This document shows positions 52,101 to 64,000 of a stretch of DNA of 64,000 bases, piece after piece. The stretch spans positions 21,576,001 to 21,640,000 of the forward strand of contig OZ004611.1 in NCBI GenBank assembly GCA_963924565.1, in the 5' to 3' direction. The first letter of the stretch is position 1, and the number at the start of each line of letters is the position of its first letter. A program made the translations under genes and the position numbers. The DNA comes from Ascidiella aspersa (Eukaryota). A model generated the notes under the pieces. It did not search any database. It was not told the origin of the DNA and was given only the letters and a program-made list of their open reading frames with translations.

Positions 52101-53205
52101 TTGGCAAAAATAATATTTTTTAGGGGCATGGTCGGGTGCCCCCTCTGGATCCACCCGTGCTCTAATGCTCTTAGCCAATCTAATGACCAGCAATGGTAGA
52201 CGCATGTCTGGCTGGCCTATAATGCCAAAAAAAAAAAACTAAAAATATATGCCCAATATGTTTGAATACGGTTTCCGTTTGTCCGCAACCCATTTGTCAG
52301 CCTTCCACTGTTCAACGGTAAAAAGCGCTGATCTAGTTAAAATGACAGCCTCAAAACGCAAACGAAGCGGACGTACAAATATCAGTCGCGCGAAGCGCGA
52401 AAAAGTTTACGCACTTACCTATAGTTTAAATAGTCAAAAAGTATTTGTAATGGACTCGTGTCTAGTTTGTCCAAAGAGGCTGCGGGCCGGATGAATTACA
52501 TTGGCGAGCCGATCCGCTCTACGGGCCGTAGGTTGCCTACCCCTGTCATACATTGATTTCTTTGTGCATCAATCAATCAATGAAATCAAGTTTTTTTAGC
52601 GCACTTGGGTAAGAATTCTGTTCACTGAGAATGTAGCGAAAGAGCCTAGCTCACTGATTTAACTGCAGTCCCTTAAGTCGTAAAAAATCTAATTTGCATT
52701 TAGCATATCAACCATTAACGCATGCCAGCACGGTCACGGCCGCCAACACATGCTATTCAAAATACGTGTTAATGGCAGCACAATTTTTCATCGACGGCCG
52801 CAGGTTGGACACCGTTGATCTATAGTATAGTCTTCACTAAGATCCCGTAATGGCAATTGACATACGCCAATGTTACTCGCCCAAGTTGAAAACAATGTTT
52901 AACTTTTTATTTTATTTTTTCAGGTGCCAATAGTTGTTCCAATTTTTGTCGTTCTGGTATCGTTCAGTTTCGTTATATTTTCGCTCGTCCAGAAACCGAC
53001 TTTCCTCTATTTCGGAGCAATCGGGTTATACGTCATAGCTGCCATCGGCTATTACGTGTTTGTTGTCAAGAAACTGCGTTGTTTTAGCGACAAAGGAATC
53101 ACTGTCTTCTTTCAAAAACTGCTACTAGTTCGCGAAACTGACTGGTCGGGTTTTGACTACCAGGCACCTCAGAAAAGAAATATACAGCAACAAAAAACGT
53201 GCTGA
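49168..53205 (+). pseudogene. SLC7 LAT/b(0,+)AT-like transporter copy C, pseudogene
   Basis: Same 4-exon layout (49168-49980, 50751-50938, 51301-51507, 52924-53205). Lesions: in-frame TGA at 49360 (Cys in copy A), TAG at 49474 (Trp in A), an 8-nt frameshifting insertion at 49712-49719, and the exon-3 acceptor changed from AG to AA at 51299-51300. Confidence 0.85.
51627..52817. mobile_element. Composite hAT-type non-autonomous element in copy C intron 3
   Basis: CAGGGGTGTCCAACC...GGTTGGACACCGTTG with an exact 8-bp TSD ATCTATAG. Contains internal ends of other MITEs (about 52145-52159 and 52471-52545). Confidence 0.85.
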
Positions 53206-55657
53206 AAGCTTGAACTTACAAACCACGGTTGTAAATAAACGTTACTGTTTAATATGCATAGCGTTGCTTGCAAGATATATCAGCTTGGCGATTTTTATTT
53301 TGGTTTTGTGAAACAAGTTGGTTGCGGACTATACCAATATATAGCAAACCCTTGATTTCAAGTTGGGAAGTCCGATATATTGACATTTTGCTTTGATACG
53401 GATACCCGATATTTTGTAACAAACATATCACGACCCGATATCAAATGACGCAATAACTATGCTGAACAAAAGTGATGAAATTGGAAATTTGGATGATAAC
53501 ATTTTTAGGTTATTGGGCAAAAAATTGTTTGCGTTATAGGATGTTTATAGTTACTATAGGGACGCAAATCACAGCTGGAAATTCGAAATTAATTTGGTAT
53601 CCGATCAGCACCGAATCCACCCTAGTATCGGACGAGTAGCGATACACCCACTTGGCATCGGGTATCGGATCCGACACGATATTTTTGGACGTATAGCTAA
53701 TTTCAAGTTTCTAAAATTATGCAATTTTGCACTTTAGGTAACTTAAAGCGTTGTATTGTTAAGCAGTTAAAATGAAATGTTACTACATAATGCCCTAAAA
53801 TCACCACAACTATTAAGCCAGGTATAACACAACAACTGCGTCTACCACCATGACATCGTATATAGTAAGTATAGCAATGTGTTTTCTATCTTTCGCAAAT
53901 GCATTCGCGTATGACTGTATCACTTGATATCCATTATTTGTCAAACACTTGACATTTTATTCCGACACCAAAACCCGTTGTTTTGAACAAAAATTGCGAT
54001 CTGATCCTATAAGTATAAATAGATGAAACTGACACGTACAAAGCCGATTATAAAGTTTGCTTTAACGTTACACAGTTGTTACCATCAGTTGGCCTCTATT
54101 TAACTTATTCTAGGTAAATCGCATTGTTTGATGGCTAAAATTCCCACAATAATTTACTATCGGATACCTTGTATTGGACACGTCAGGATATTATACCACT
54201 TGACATCGGGTATAGACTCCAAACCGATATTACCGGAAATATGTAATTCACATCAATAGCTCAACTTTGAGACCTACATTTAGCCCTGCTGCAAATTGTT
54301 TTGTTTACTTGCTCCGTTGCTCGAAAATAATATTATAAGGACTGAGCTAGTCCACAATAAAATCAATATCACGGCCATGAAAATATGTTTAGGTATTAAA
54401 TGTTTTGATTGTAGCTAAAACCGCCGTCAGTAAAAATGTTCGAAAACACGCAATCGAGTGTTTTGACGCGAGTTGCTAGGAAGTGAAGTCACGCAGTGTG
54501 ACGACACAGTAAACAGCGCATGTTTCATCTGGCTGGCAATGCGTGTTTGGTGAAAAAGCGAGGCTCGACTCACTTTGGTGTAGTCAGCGCGAGTGTATTT
54601 CACGTAGCGCTGCACCGTTGCGTCAGTTTGTTATGGTTAATGTTCGCCTGTTGACAAAGTAGTAGATTAAATACGCAGCTATAGGTGCAGGTGTTCAGCT
54701 GCAGATTGTTTACTACAGCTTTTAGCTCGCATCGCTTGCTGTTTCAGTTGTGCAAGCAATCTCCGGTCGTTTGATTTGTGAGGCAAGATGTGAACGCGCT
54801 CACCTTTTTAGACTCTCACGTCATATCAACTGCTGTTTATGTACTTTAATTGCGAAGATAGTTTTTTGAGTTAGTGCAAATATGAATTTTTAATAAACGA
54901 ACGTTAACTACCTATATATTCATAGCTAAACAAACATTGAACAATTACCTATCTATATAAATGCTGTTAGGTTGATTGTTCGAAGTGAACACCGCTGAAA
55001 TTTATCTTTATTAATATGATCATTTCATTAAAATATTTTTTTAATAGTGTGCGCCCTGGATGGATAGGTGAAGCGAACACAAGGTTTGTGTGGTTAGCTC
55101 AGTAGCATAGAGTTCAGATATAAGGAGTCTTAGGGACCTTACAATAGTTCCAAAAAATCCTAGGGCACCCCCCTAACACACTACGGACATGTGAGGTATC
55201 TCAGCCGTCTGTAAGGTAAAAATGCGCCATAAAATATAGATTACGTCAGTAGATCTGCAGTTTTTCCCAGCATAGCAGTGCAGCTCGAAATAAATGTCTT
55301 TCAGACAAGTTGTTAAACATGTTCTAAACAAGTATTTATTTTATTTGTTAACCAACTTTAAGCAATTGAGAAACCTGACGACTACGCCAATTAGATATTT
55401 CTTTGACGGTAATTTTGTAGCGTTGAAGCAAATCTGTCGTAACTGCTGCTAATATTAAAATTTCACGCACAAATCGTAAAGTCGTGCAAAACTAGTTACA
55501 ACAAAAACACATTAGCCACGAAGAGGCCATTAAACTTTATGGGTTACGATCAATTCCAAACAATTAAACTTATGCTAAAAAACATTCCACATTTTTTTAA
55601 TTATACGGCACAGCTTTGTGAAACTTGTGCAACGATTTTACTCGCCGTTAACTAGTG

Positions 55658-56020
55658 CAGTGCTCTTCAAACTTTTTTGGCTTAGTGAACCCTCAAAAAT
55701 TGTTGTGACAAAATCATGCACCCTATTTGCTTGAAAGGTAAACTGGTGTAAAAAGCAATATGAAAATAATCATGTCAATTAAACCTAGCGGAGATGCCGA
55801 AGTTTTACACACTGCCGGTAAAAGTTCGATTATGGCTGCAAGCTGCTTGCGGGTACTATTGTATGTCATAAAACAGCATTTAAACAAACTTAAGAAGTCA
55901 AATATTAATGGTTTATTAAAAGTTTGTGATGCACCCTTGTATACCTTTTCGTACTGGTGCACCCAATACATATTTTGGTGCACACTAGAATGCACCATGC
56001 ACATCGGTTGAAGAGCACTG
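55658..56020. mobile_element. hAT-type MITE
   Basis: CAGTGCTCTTCAA...TTGAAGAGCACTG. TSD AACTAGTG/AATTAGTG (1 mismatch). TGCACC subterminal motifs. Confidence 0.85.
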
Positions 56021-56310
56021 AATTAGTGCAAAGGTTATGTTGTTGCTGTTTTCACCAAATACCTATACGTTGTGTTGTTTACTCGAACGTTTGAAATAAT
56101 CATAGTGCGCCATGCGACAAAGCAAGCAACGTTTGCGATTCAGTAGTATGAAAATTATGTAGGCCAATTTATACGACATACCCAAAAAATGCGGATCGAC
56201 TGAACGACGGGCGTATACTGCTACAACTCAAAAACTAAAAAGTTAAAAGTCGATAACTTGCTCGTTTTAAATGATATATATATATATTTTAATTTTTTAC
56301 TATTTATTTG

Positions 56311-56357
56311 TACAGAAAAACTGATGATGCCATTTATAGGCGAAATGCATATTTGTA
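56311..56357 (+). ncRNA. Minimal type I hammerhead ribozyme motif
   Basis: TACAGAAAAA-CTGATGA-T-GCC-atttata-GGC-GAAA-TGCA-TA-TTTGTA. The core boxes are complete, stem II is GCC/GGC, stem III is the palindrome ATGCAT, and stem I is bulged. Confidence 0.5.
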
Positions 56358-57105
56358 TTAAAGTTTTAGACCTTGCTGACTGATTTTTGTTGGGAGCGGT
56401 GCGCTTCTCAAGCTTTTATTAATAAATTTTAGGACTTTTATCGTCGGCATTATGTGTTCTGTTGGAGGGCCAGATTCTGTTGTTAATACACATACAAAGC
56501 TTCGTTTTAAATGTGTACGATTATTTGAAAAAACATTTTTACAGCTTTAGATTGCATTTAAAATAAATATTGAAAAAAAGTTTGCCGATTTTAATTACAT
56601 TACAAATGCTATATTCCTAATTTTCCCCATGCGTACCGGTACCCGATATTATAAGAAAAAAGCGCAAATAAATTACTCGTAGAAAGAATAGCATGTCATT
56701 TGAATCAAAAATATGAAGCTAACTGTGAAAAATAAGTTACCCTGGGTTGATAAACATTTATGTGTATAACAAAGCTAAAGCACACCTTAGAAACGCTGCA
56801 TTTGCTATGGCGGAACTGTCTGACTTAATTATATAAAATCGAGACAGCACAAGATTAACAAGTATTTACTTCGACCGTACATAATCGGACATGCCAAAAT
56901 ACGACAAGCCCTGACGGCTATATTCGGCTAACAATAAAACGAATCTTATATTTCAGGATTAGCGTTTTAAATCGGACCCGACCCCTGCGCGTTGCCTTTT
57001 GTTCGCTGGCGAACAGGCGACGAAAGAGATAAAAAGCAGCAGCAGCGTCAGTTTTTTATTCCGGAGCACAGAACTTGCCAGTCCAATTAGAAAAACCCCG
57101 CCATC

Positions 57106-57468
57106 ATGCCTTTCCTGCACGTTTTCTGCAAGAAGTCGTCGTTCGGCGAAGGCACGCAGTACATTATGATGGCCGAGCCGGGCATCGACGAAGAAGTCAC
57201 AAAGGTCGTACGCGAAGTCTTCGGCCAGTTTTGCGACGTGGGACTGCGCGTCACCGAGCGTCGTATATCGGTCGACTGCGTGGCGTCTCGACTGCCAGGC
57301 AACCTGGCCGACAAGTCACTGGTGGTCCTTGTGCTGCTCGAGAAACTGGACAAGCTGGGCTGGGCGTTGGTGGCAGGTGAAACGATCCACGACGAACACG
57401 GAATGATCTTTCGGAAGATGTTCGCGCCGGCGTATTGGAATCAAGAAGCAGTGGAAGCTGATGGGTAG
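57106..57468 (+). CDS. Uncharacterised 120-aa protein, possible GFRP/KCTD-C-terminal-like fold
   Basis: GC-rich, GC3-biased single coding exon. Kozak-like GCCATCATG, and an acceptor TATTTCAG at 56956 upstream. Sequence pattern MPFLHV...IDEEV...LLEKLDKLGWALVA...MIFRK. Confidence 0.75.
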   Translation: MPFLHVFCKKSSFGEGTQYIMMAEPGIDEEVTKVVREVFGQFCDVGLRVTERRISVDCVASRLPGNLADKSLVVLVLLEKLDKLGWALVAGETIHDEHGMIFRKMFAPAYWNQEAVEADG

Positions 57469-57547
57469 AAGCGCCGCTCCAATGCGGTTTATGCGTATAT
57501 TGCTGCCTGTTGTTATGCTGAACATATATTGACTCGTTAATTTAAAC

Positions 57548-57850
57548 CAGGGTTCTTAAACTTTTTTTACTGCGGACCCTTTAAAAATATTTTTTGCTTC
57601 GCATGGACCTTTGTAGGCAAGGCATTTGTAGAGTCACAAATTTACGTTATGAAACAAACAGACTTCAGAAATTTGCTGTTTCATGTCCAAAGAATGTAAA
57701 ATGAAATGAAAGTTAAATATATTCAGTGCACAAACGTTTTATTTTTAACAATAGGCTACTTTTTCCGAGGAAAAATTGATTGCTAAAATATACGCTAATA
57801 GTTGATTTAGGCATTCATGGACCCCCTAAAATTAGGTCACTTGCCCCCAA
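57548..57850. mobile_element. Truncated copy of the GGACCC-type hAT MITE
   Basis: The 5' end and interior (CAGGGTTCTTAAACTTTTTTTACTGCGGACC...AGACTTCAGAAAT...ATTCAGTGCA) align with 60820-61101. Confidence 0.65.
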
Positions 57851-59735
57851 CATAAGTTGTTACCCAAAAACTTCAAGCTTTTAATGTTCATTAAAACAAA
57901 TATTTCATTTCTTAGTTTTTTTAGACTTCGCCCCACAATATCAAAATATGTACTTTGTGGACAATATATACTTGTTTAAAAAATGTTCTAAAGGGACAAC
58001 TGGTTTAACGCCTGCCTGAAGAGTTACTCGTTAGCGTTTAAAATGCAAAGCTATTATGTACGATTTTATACGCTTTCCTGCTTTAATCTTTTTTGTACAC
58101 ACATTTTTTCTTTTACAACGCAAATCAAGCTGCTAAACACCAACTTTTGTCGCATTGAATGTATAGTTTGAGGTTGATTAAATGGTAACCTATCGCAAAC
58201 CACAGTGAATATAGTTGTCCTAGAAATTTAAATGGTATCCCTTTTTTACATCATTTTTTTCCTTAGACATAATTTATCTTTAAAAATGCGTTTTCAAAAC
58301 GGCTGTGTTTCTATGTTGAAGTACGTTTTTATCCGCAAAAGCGAGGTTGAGCATATTGTCATTATATTAGTCAAATGCTTCCCTTTTCCTGTTATGGAGT
58401 TTTATCACAATATATATTACTTACATTGTATTTATTGCACTTTTATTTTGTTACGCCGTATTATCGAAATCGATTTGTTTGGCAGCTATCGCAAAGGTTA
58501 TGATAACAATTTAATTACTTTCCATTCGGTCCAATGTACATGACGTCTGCTTCGTTAAACATTTATCAAGATAAAGCTTGGAGTTTGGTGTTGTTCACTT
58601 TGATCCGTTGCCTTACTGCACACGCCCGTTTTCAATTATTACAATTTTATACTGCTGTTTGAATGAGTAATACATATTTCCTAGTGCCGTTGAACATTGC
58701 AGTCAGGTCACCAGCTATTACTTAAAGTTAAGAACTCTTTTAAAAGGTTCAGGAATTTTTTTAAATAACACTGCAAGTTGTGGACTCAAGTCGCACTCCA
58801 AATCGACCTTCGGATATCATATAGTCATCATTGGCGCCCAATATATTTATATTCCTTCATGCTTAGTAACTCAGTTTTACTAAGTTACTAATGGATTAAT
58901 ATTGATTTGTATATAAATATCTACTGATATAAAATCGTATGCATATTATAATATCATTGCTACCTGTACTGAAGTTAAATTGTGTGTATATATTCATATT
59001 GCCTTCAAGTCTAAAAGAAAAGTTTTTGGATTTACATATAGTTGAAAAAAAAAACAAATAGGAATGGCTCCGTACCCAGTTGTTTAGGAGGTTTCATTCG
59101 GCGGGATAAAGGTTGTCGATCCTGGACTAACGTTTCGTCAACCTATGTGCAAGACATAAATTTGCGTTGGCACAAAAAGTTATAGTTTGCAAATCCTGCT
59201 TTCTCCACCTGTAAAGTGAATACGTCGATGTGCAATGTATCTTAACGCTCCGATGGATGACTTTATCAGCGTTAATATGTTCAAACAAAGCACTGGTTGA
59301 ACTTTAAAATATACTTTTCATACCACAAATTGCTTAAACTGTTATGCAACTCGTCGTTTTGTGTTTAGTCAATAAAGCTAGCATGGAAATGCGTCTTATT
59401 ATCATGTTGACGTGTTTCGTGTTCTGTAACAATGACTAATGAAACTATTAGCTTTAAATTTGCTCCCCGGATTAAAATGTTTCCATCACGGAATGCAAGT
59501 TGACACAATTACTAAATGTCTTTCGACTTGCCTCGCATTAATTATTTCGCCGAAAAGCGGACATGGATTGTAAGAAATAAGTACAACTTTACGAGAGCCG
59601 TTTAGCCTTATTGCCAGGCGATTGTGCCACAAACATAGAGGCAATAAACTAGATACAACTTTATCTGCAAAGTCTGTCGGTGTTTAAACACGAGTTTATT
59701 GTCTAATTCCTAAGTTGTTGTATTACTCTTAGACT

Positions 59736-60639
59736 TGGTAATACAAACGAACAAATACCGTTAAACGCTGTGGTCAGGTAACCAAAGGGTAAATCAAGTT
59801 AAAGAGGTTTTAAAGTTTTGAAGTCCTAAACCCAACTCTAACCCATTTTCTAACCCAACACATTGCACACCAATAACACTAAACAGGGTAAAAAAATCCG
59901 GTGCCAAAACAGTGGCGCCATAACAGCGCCATTCAAACCAGGGAGTCGAACCGTAACCGAACCTGAACCGTTTTATGTAAAAGTTTAAGGAGCAGAACCG
60001 GAACTGAACCCAATATTTTAGAAGAACCTGAACCTTAACCGAACCTGAACCTCTAAACAAAAGCGGTTCACTCCAGCATGACGTCACAACCTCTATTTTG
60101 CATAGTCAAGTTTTGCCATGTTCGAAATTTTATGAAAAAAGTGAATACTGATTAAATAAAACATCATTATTTTTTTTCCCGATATTTTAATAACGAGCTG
60201 CATGTTTACCTCACGTAACCCCACATTTATTGACCCACATTTTCATCTCATATTGCACCGAACCCGAACTTTATAAACCGGTTTTGAAAATAAATGTAGT
60301 CGAACCGGAGCTGTACCGGAACTTTTAAAATGTTCAAAACCGAAACCGGAACACCGCTGATTCAAACTAGGGCGCCCAGACGCCGACACCAGAACGGCCG
60401 ATGCCAGACCAATGGCCCCCGATCGTCCCATACCATCTGCTTCAGCCGTTATTTTGGACATTTAGGCCTTATTCTAATGAATTTGGTATTCCGACAGGTT
60501 TAGGTTCTATTTAGACGATTTTAATCTTGTTCTGTCTTGAATATTACTGCCTATTAGGCTTTATTATGTCGTTGGTCTTAATACTATGGATTTTTCTGCT
60601 TTAGGTATTGTTGCTTTTTAGGTCTTATTGTTTGATCGC
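59736..60639. mobile_element. Foldback-like element, second copy, interrupted by a nested MITE
   Basis: The core and right arm align with 24190-24691. Boundaries approximate. Confidence 0.7.
59939..60359. mobile_element. Nested hAT-type MITE with GAACCG/GAACCT repeats
   Basis: CAGGGAGTC...ACACCGCTG with an exact 8-bp TSD ATTCAAAC (59931-59938 and 60360-60367). Absent from the sister foldback copy at about 24300. Confidence 0.88.
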
Positions 60640-60819
60640 AACTGCGAATTAAAACGAAATTTTGCGTTTTGGAGACTATAATTAACTTTTAAAACATAAT
60701 ACATTATAGTGGAGTTTTTTGTATTGGTATTTTTAACAAAATGCTGTATACTGATTTCTCGCCATAAAACCAATTAAACTAAACTGTCAATTGTCTTCTT
60801 CGTAAATTATACTCTGTTT

Positions 60820-61101
60820 CAGGGGTTCTTAAGCTTTTTTTACTGCGAACCTCTTATTTTTTTTTTGCTTAGCGTGGACCAGGCAAGCAAATTTTATAGA
60901 TGACGTCATAAATTGCCGTATTAATACAAATAGACTTCAGAAATCTGTTGATTTTGGTCAAAAAAATACATTCAGTGCAAAACGGTTTAGTTTTTATTAC
61001 TTCTTAAATATACACGAATATTTCTATTAGGCCTTCGTGGACCCTTAAAGCTAGTTTACGGACCCCCAGGGGATTCATGGATTCCAGTTTAAAAAGCCCT
61101 G
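60820..61101. mobile_element. hAT-type MITE
   Basis: CAGGGGTTCTTAAGC...TTTAAAAAGCCCTG. TSD CTCTGTTT/CTCTATTT. Confidence 0.8.
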
Positions 61102-62119
61102 CTCTATTTCTTTCGAATTTTCAATTCGTGCAACATACCACGATAATGTACGATTGTTCGTCGTGCAGATGCTCCAAAAAGTCGGTGTTTATTGTTGCAT
61201 TGAGACTTTACGGTACTCGTATATGTTTTCAATCGTCAGTCAGTTATGTTAAGTAGAAGCTTTCTTTGTTATGACGTACGCCTAGTCTGGTTAACAATTT
61301 TTTTAAACTCTGCCAGTTTCAATATTTAGGACAGATTAAGGTTAATGAAACATAAAATCTATATTTAACGACTAAATTAAAGGTCGATCTTGCAGAGCGT
61401 TAAACTAGGTCGACACAGTTGAGCTGATTTCAATTTACTTATAGTTGTTTTGCCCTCCTAAATGCTGGTTCGCAATTGTTTTTCAAGTTAAGATAAATGA
61501 CTCCTACCCTTCATGTTCTTGGTATTTCCTTTGATGCCTGGCTGTAGGCAATACTTAAAACAACATACCGGCTTGGCAGCTAGAACAATGGACCTCACTG
61601 TTGTGCTAAAATACGCTGACTCATTTTACTTGAGAATTCATAGGCTGCTTCGTGGGTTATTTTTATAAGTGCCATTTTGCGTGTTTTTACATACGATTGT
61701 GATTTGACCGCATACGTTCAAAAGAAAGTCGACTATAGACATTGGACCTTCGCAACATGTAGAAAATCGAATATTGGCTTGGATTAAGATCATTCAATCT
61801 TTTATTAATTGTAACAATTATAACTGCTAATATTGGCATTTTGTAAGACTATGGATTTCTACATTTAATGAACCATGTGAATATGTGATAATCGAAATGA
61901 CCTTGAGCCTTGCAGGATAATTGTCGACCTTAATTCCTAAACAGTAAGAGTGCTAGTATTTTGAACTGTTTAATGAACCATAATATACAAACACTGTGAT
62001 CCCTAACATTTTATACCACAACTGCAATTGTATATTACTATTTGGCAATGTAGATCTCTATATATTTTTTTATACGTAATATATGATAAACGACATAATA
62101 ATGACAAAAATGCATTAAC

Positions 62120-62515
62120 ATCACGACGGAATAAGACCTACATCTGTAGGAATAACACCTTTAAGATTTTGAAAGGTTGACGAACGATTACGAGCCACCA
62201 ATTTAGCGTCGACCGTTTTGGTACCGTAGTTTATGCGCCGCAGTTTGACCAGCGCCGTTTGGGTGCCACTGTTTTGATATTGCAATTTTTACGGTGTTGA
62301 GGTTAGGGGCGGGTAATCGCGTGGGTTTATTTCATTTATGCTTCAAATTATTGCGGAAGTTAGTGATAAAGTTAGGGGGGTAGGGTTAGGTAATATGTTG
62401 TTTAATATTGTTATGACTGGTTTAGGCCTTATTCCTATACGGGTTTAGGTATTGTTATTCCGATTTATACCATTTCTAAATTTTACGGAATTAATCCTAT
62501 TTTGGTCCTATTCCG
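62120..62515. mobile_element. Foldback-like element, inverted diverged copy
   Basis: GGAATAAGACC arm, a reversed GC core (GCGCCG..GGTGCCACTGTTTT), GGTTAGGG motifs and a TTAGGCCTTATTCC arm. Confidence 0.55.
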
Positions 62516-63418
62516 AAATACAGCGTTGATGATATTCTAATTTCGGTCTTAGTTCTGGAGTTTCAAAGATTTGTAAATGAATAGTTTCCTCTATGATTGT
62601 CAGACACACTGTACACTTGTCGTTACAAACACGAAAGTTTAATCGACCGACATTACGACAATCTAATTTACATGCGCTCTGTACAACGCGCACCATGCGA
62701 AATCAAGATAGAAGCGCTCGAGCCGAAATGCAACCGAAAATAAACAAATAATCAAAGCAAAAGCAATTTATAAGCTTTGTGCTAAATTTTTACGCGAGAA
62801 GCAATTAAAGAGATAAACCCGTAAAGCGAATCGAATCAGCACGAAGAAAGTGGGGTTGTAGTTCAAAAGATCTGGGCTACAAATTGCTACCATATCCATC
62901 ACTCCCAATTCTACAGTTAACATATGATAAGGGGTGGCGAAATCAGAACGTAGAGCGACCCGACAATTTGCAATGCAAACCGAACATAAAGCGACTACTT
63001 CTTGAAACGAGAAGACAATTAAACGCTTGACTGATTTTGAACTAACCATTAATTACGCAGAAATAGGATTTGCAGCCTTCTAAACTGATAGAATTGCAGA
63101 TAACAACAATCAAATGACAGCAATTAATCACCTTTACAGCAAGAATTGCCTCATTTAGCAACAAGCTAAATATACTCTCAAAACAAAATTGAAAACAGCA
63201 ACCATCAACAAACCAGTGTTTGATGACAAATGTTTTTTTATTCCCAATGGGTATTTTGACTATGCTATAACATGTTTTCGTAGGTTTAACTGCTAATTAG
63301 CAATAACGTGCAAATTTTAAAATGTTAATTCAAATTAAACCCAATATTATGAGGCCACCCTCGAGGCCTTCATACAAGATTTTTCATAGATTTTTTTTCG
63401 AAACCTTTTACTTTTAGG

Positions 63419-63753
63419 TAGGAATGTCCGATAATTACATTTTATTGCGATACAGGTTCCAGATATTTTGGATAAAGAGTGTCGCTATCCGATCCGATAG
63501 CAATTGACGTCATTATACTCAAACAAGTAAAACCGTTAAAAACAAAACGTTTAAAGGTAATTTTTCCATGCTATAAGATAAAATTTGCTTGCTATAGTTG
63601 TAAACTTACTGTTTTTTGATAAGTTTACCTTAAAGCAAGTAATAATTTAGCATATCTTTGGTGAAAACCATATATAACCTCTGGATCGGATCGGCACCGA
63701 TACTACCCGAGTATCGGGTATCGGCTCCGATCTGACATCGTCGGAAATTTCTA
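63419..63753. mobile_element. CCGATA-family MITE
   Basis: TAGGAATGTCCGA...TCGGAAATTTCTA imperfect TIRs with CCGAT/ATCGG repeats. Confidence 0.6.
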
Positions 63754-63758
63754 TACTA

Positions 63759-64000
63759 CTATAAGGTACAGACACCTGCTGTGTGCTTCGCAAAACGGCG
63801 GCAGGAATTCTCTAAAGTATAGCTTTTTCTAAACCCGAGCTGTTTCACGACCACTATAGTACTCTTTCCAACACAACAAAAACTCCCAAAGGCGCCTCTA
63901 ATGGCAATCGGTTTGCTGTCGCTTCTGCAGCAGCATTCTCTGCCTGTCATTTCGATGCTTTCCCACTTGACGTTTTTTGCAGCAAGGCCAGTTGCAGGCC
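63759..64000 (-). CDS. Possible terminal exon of a gene entering from the right edge
   Basis: GC-richer stretch. The minus-strand frames are open from the edge (e.g. ACNWPCCKKRQ...DCH* ending at 63898, and another ending at 63759). The frame cannot be decided. Confidence 0.2.
   Translation of the reverse strand, partial: PATGLAAKNVKWESIEMTGRECCCRSDSKPIAIRGAFGSFCCVGKSTIVVVKQLGFRKSYTLENSCRRFAKHTAGVCTL

Noticed and set aside
54781-54800. AGGCAAGATG matches the 5' end of miR-31
   Set aside because: Only about 10 nt match and I see no precursor hairpin.
55088-55165. tRNA-like GGTTAGCTCAGTAG..AGAG
   Set aside because: Only an A-box-like head is present, with no cloverleaf or intact B box. At most a decayed SINE.
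62508-63049. Minus-strand ORFs with Cys pairs
   Set aside because: No recognisable domain, codon bias or consistent exon chain.

Overview
AT-rich, intron-containing animal genomic DNA. It is probably an invertebrate deuterostome such as an ascidian, but that is inference from gene structure, CpG mosaicism and MITE types. I assembled these genes by hand, checking splice sites and phase: (i) a single-coding-exon 107-aa orphan small membrane protein (-, 4311-4634); (ii) GTPBP10/Obg-family GTPase (-, 9 coding exons, 15854-22419, 387 aa), head-to-head with (iii) PCTP/STARD2 (+, 6 coding exons, 26064-37218, 216 aa), which carries a GT-AG U12-type minor intron; (iv) a tandem SLC7 (LAT/b0,+AT-type) amino-acid transporter array with one intact copy (41249-44504, 486 aa, altered substrate-site motifs), an orphan decayed last exon and one pseudogene (49168-53205); (v) a 120-aa protein resembling the GFRP/KCTD-C-terminal fold (57106-57468). 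Non-coding DNA is dense in non-autonomous DNA transposons, many hAT-type with verifiable 8-bp TSDs. It also holds a foldback-like family with a 21-bp higher-order tandem array, and minimal hammerhead ribozyme motifs. I found no CRISPR array, tRNA, rRNA or autonomous transposase. The best candidates for novelty are the GFRP-like orphan, the orphan membrane micro-protein, the hammerhead motifs and the intragenic CpG/GC switch.
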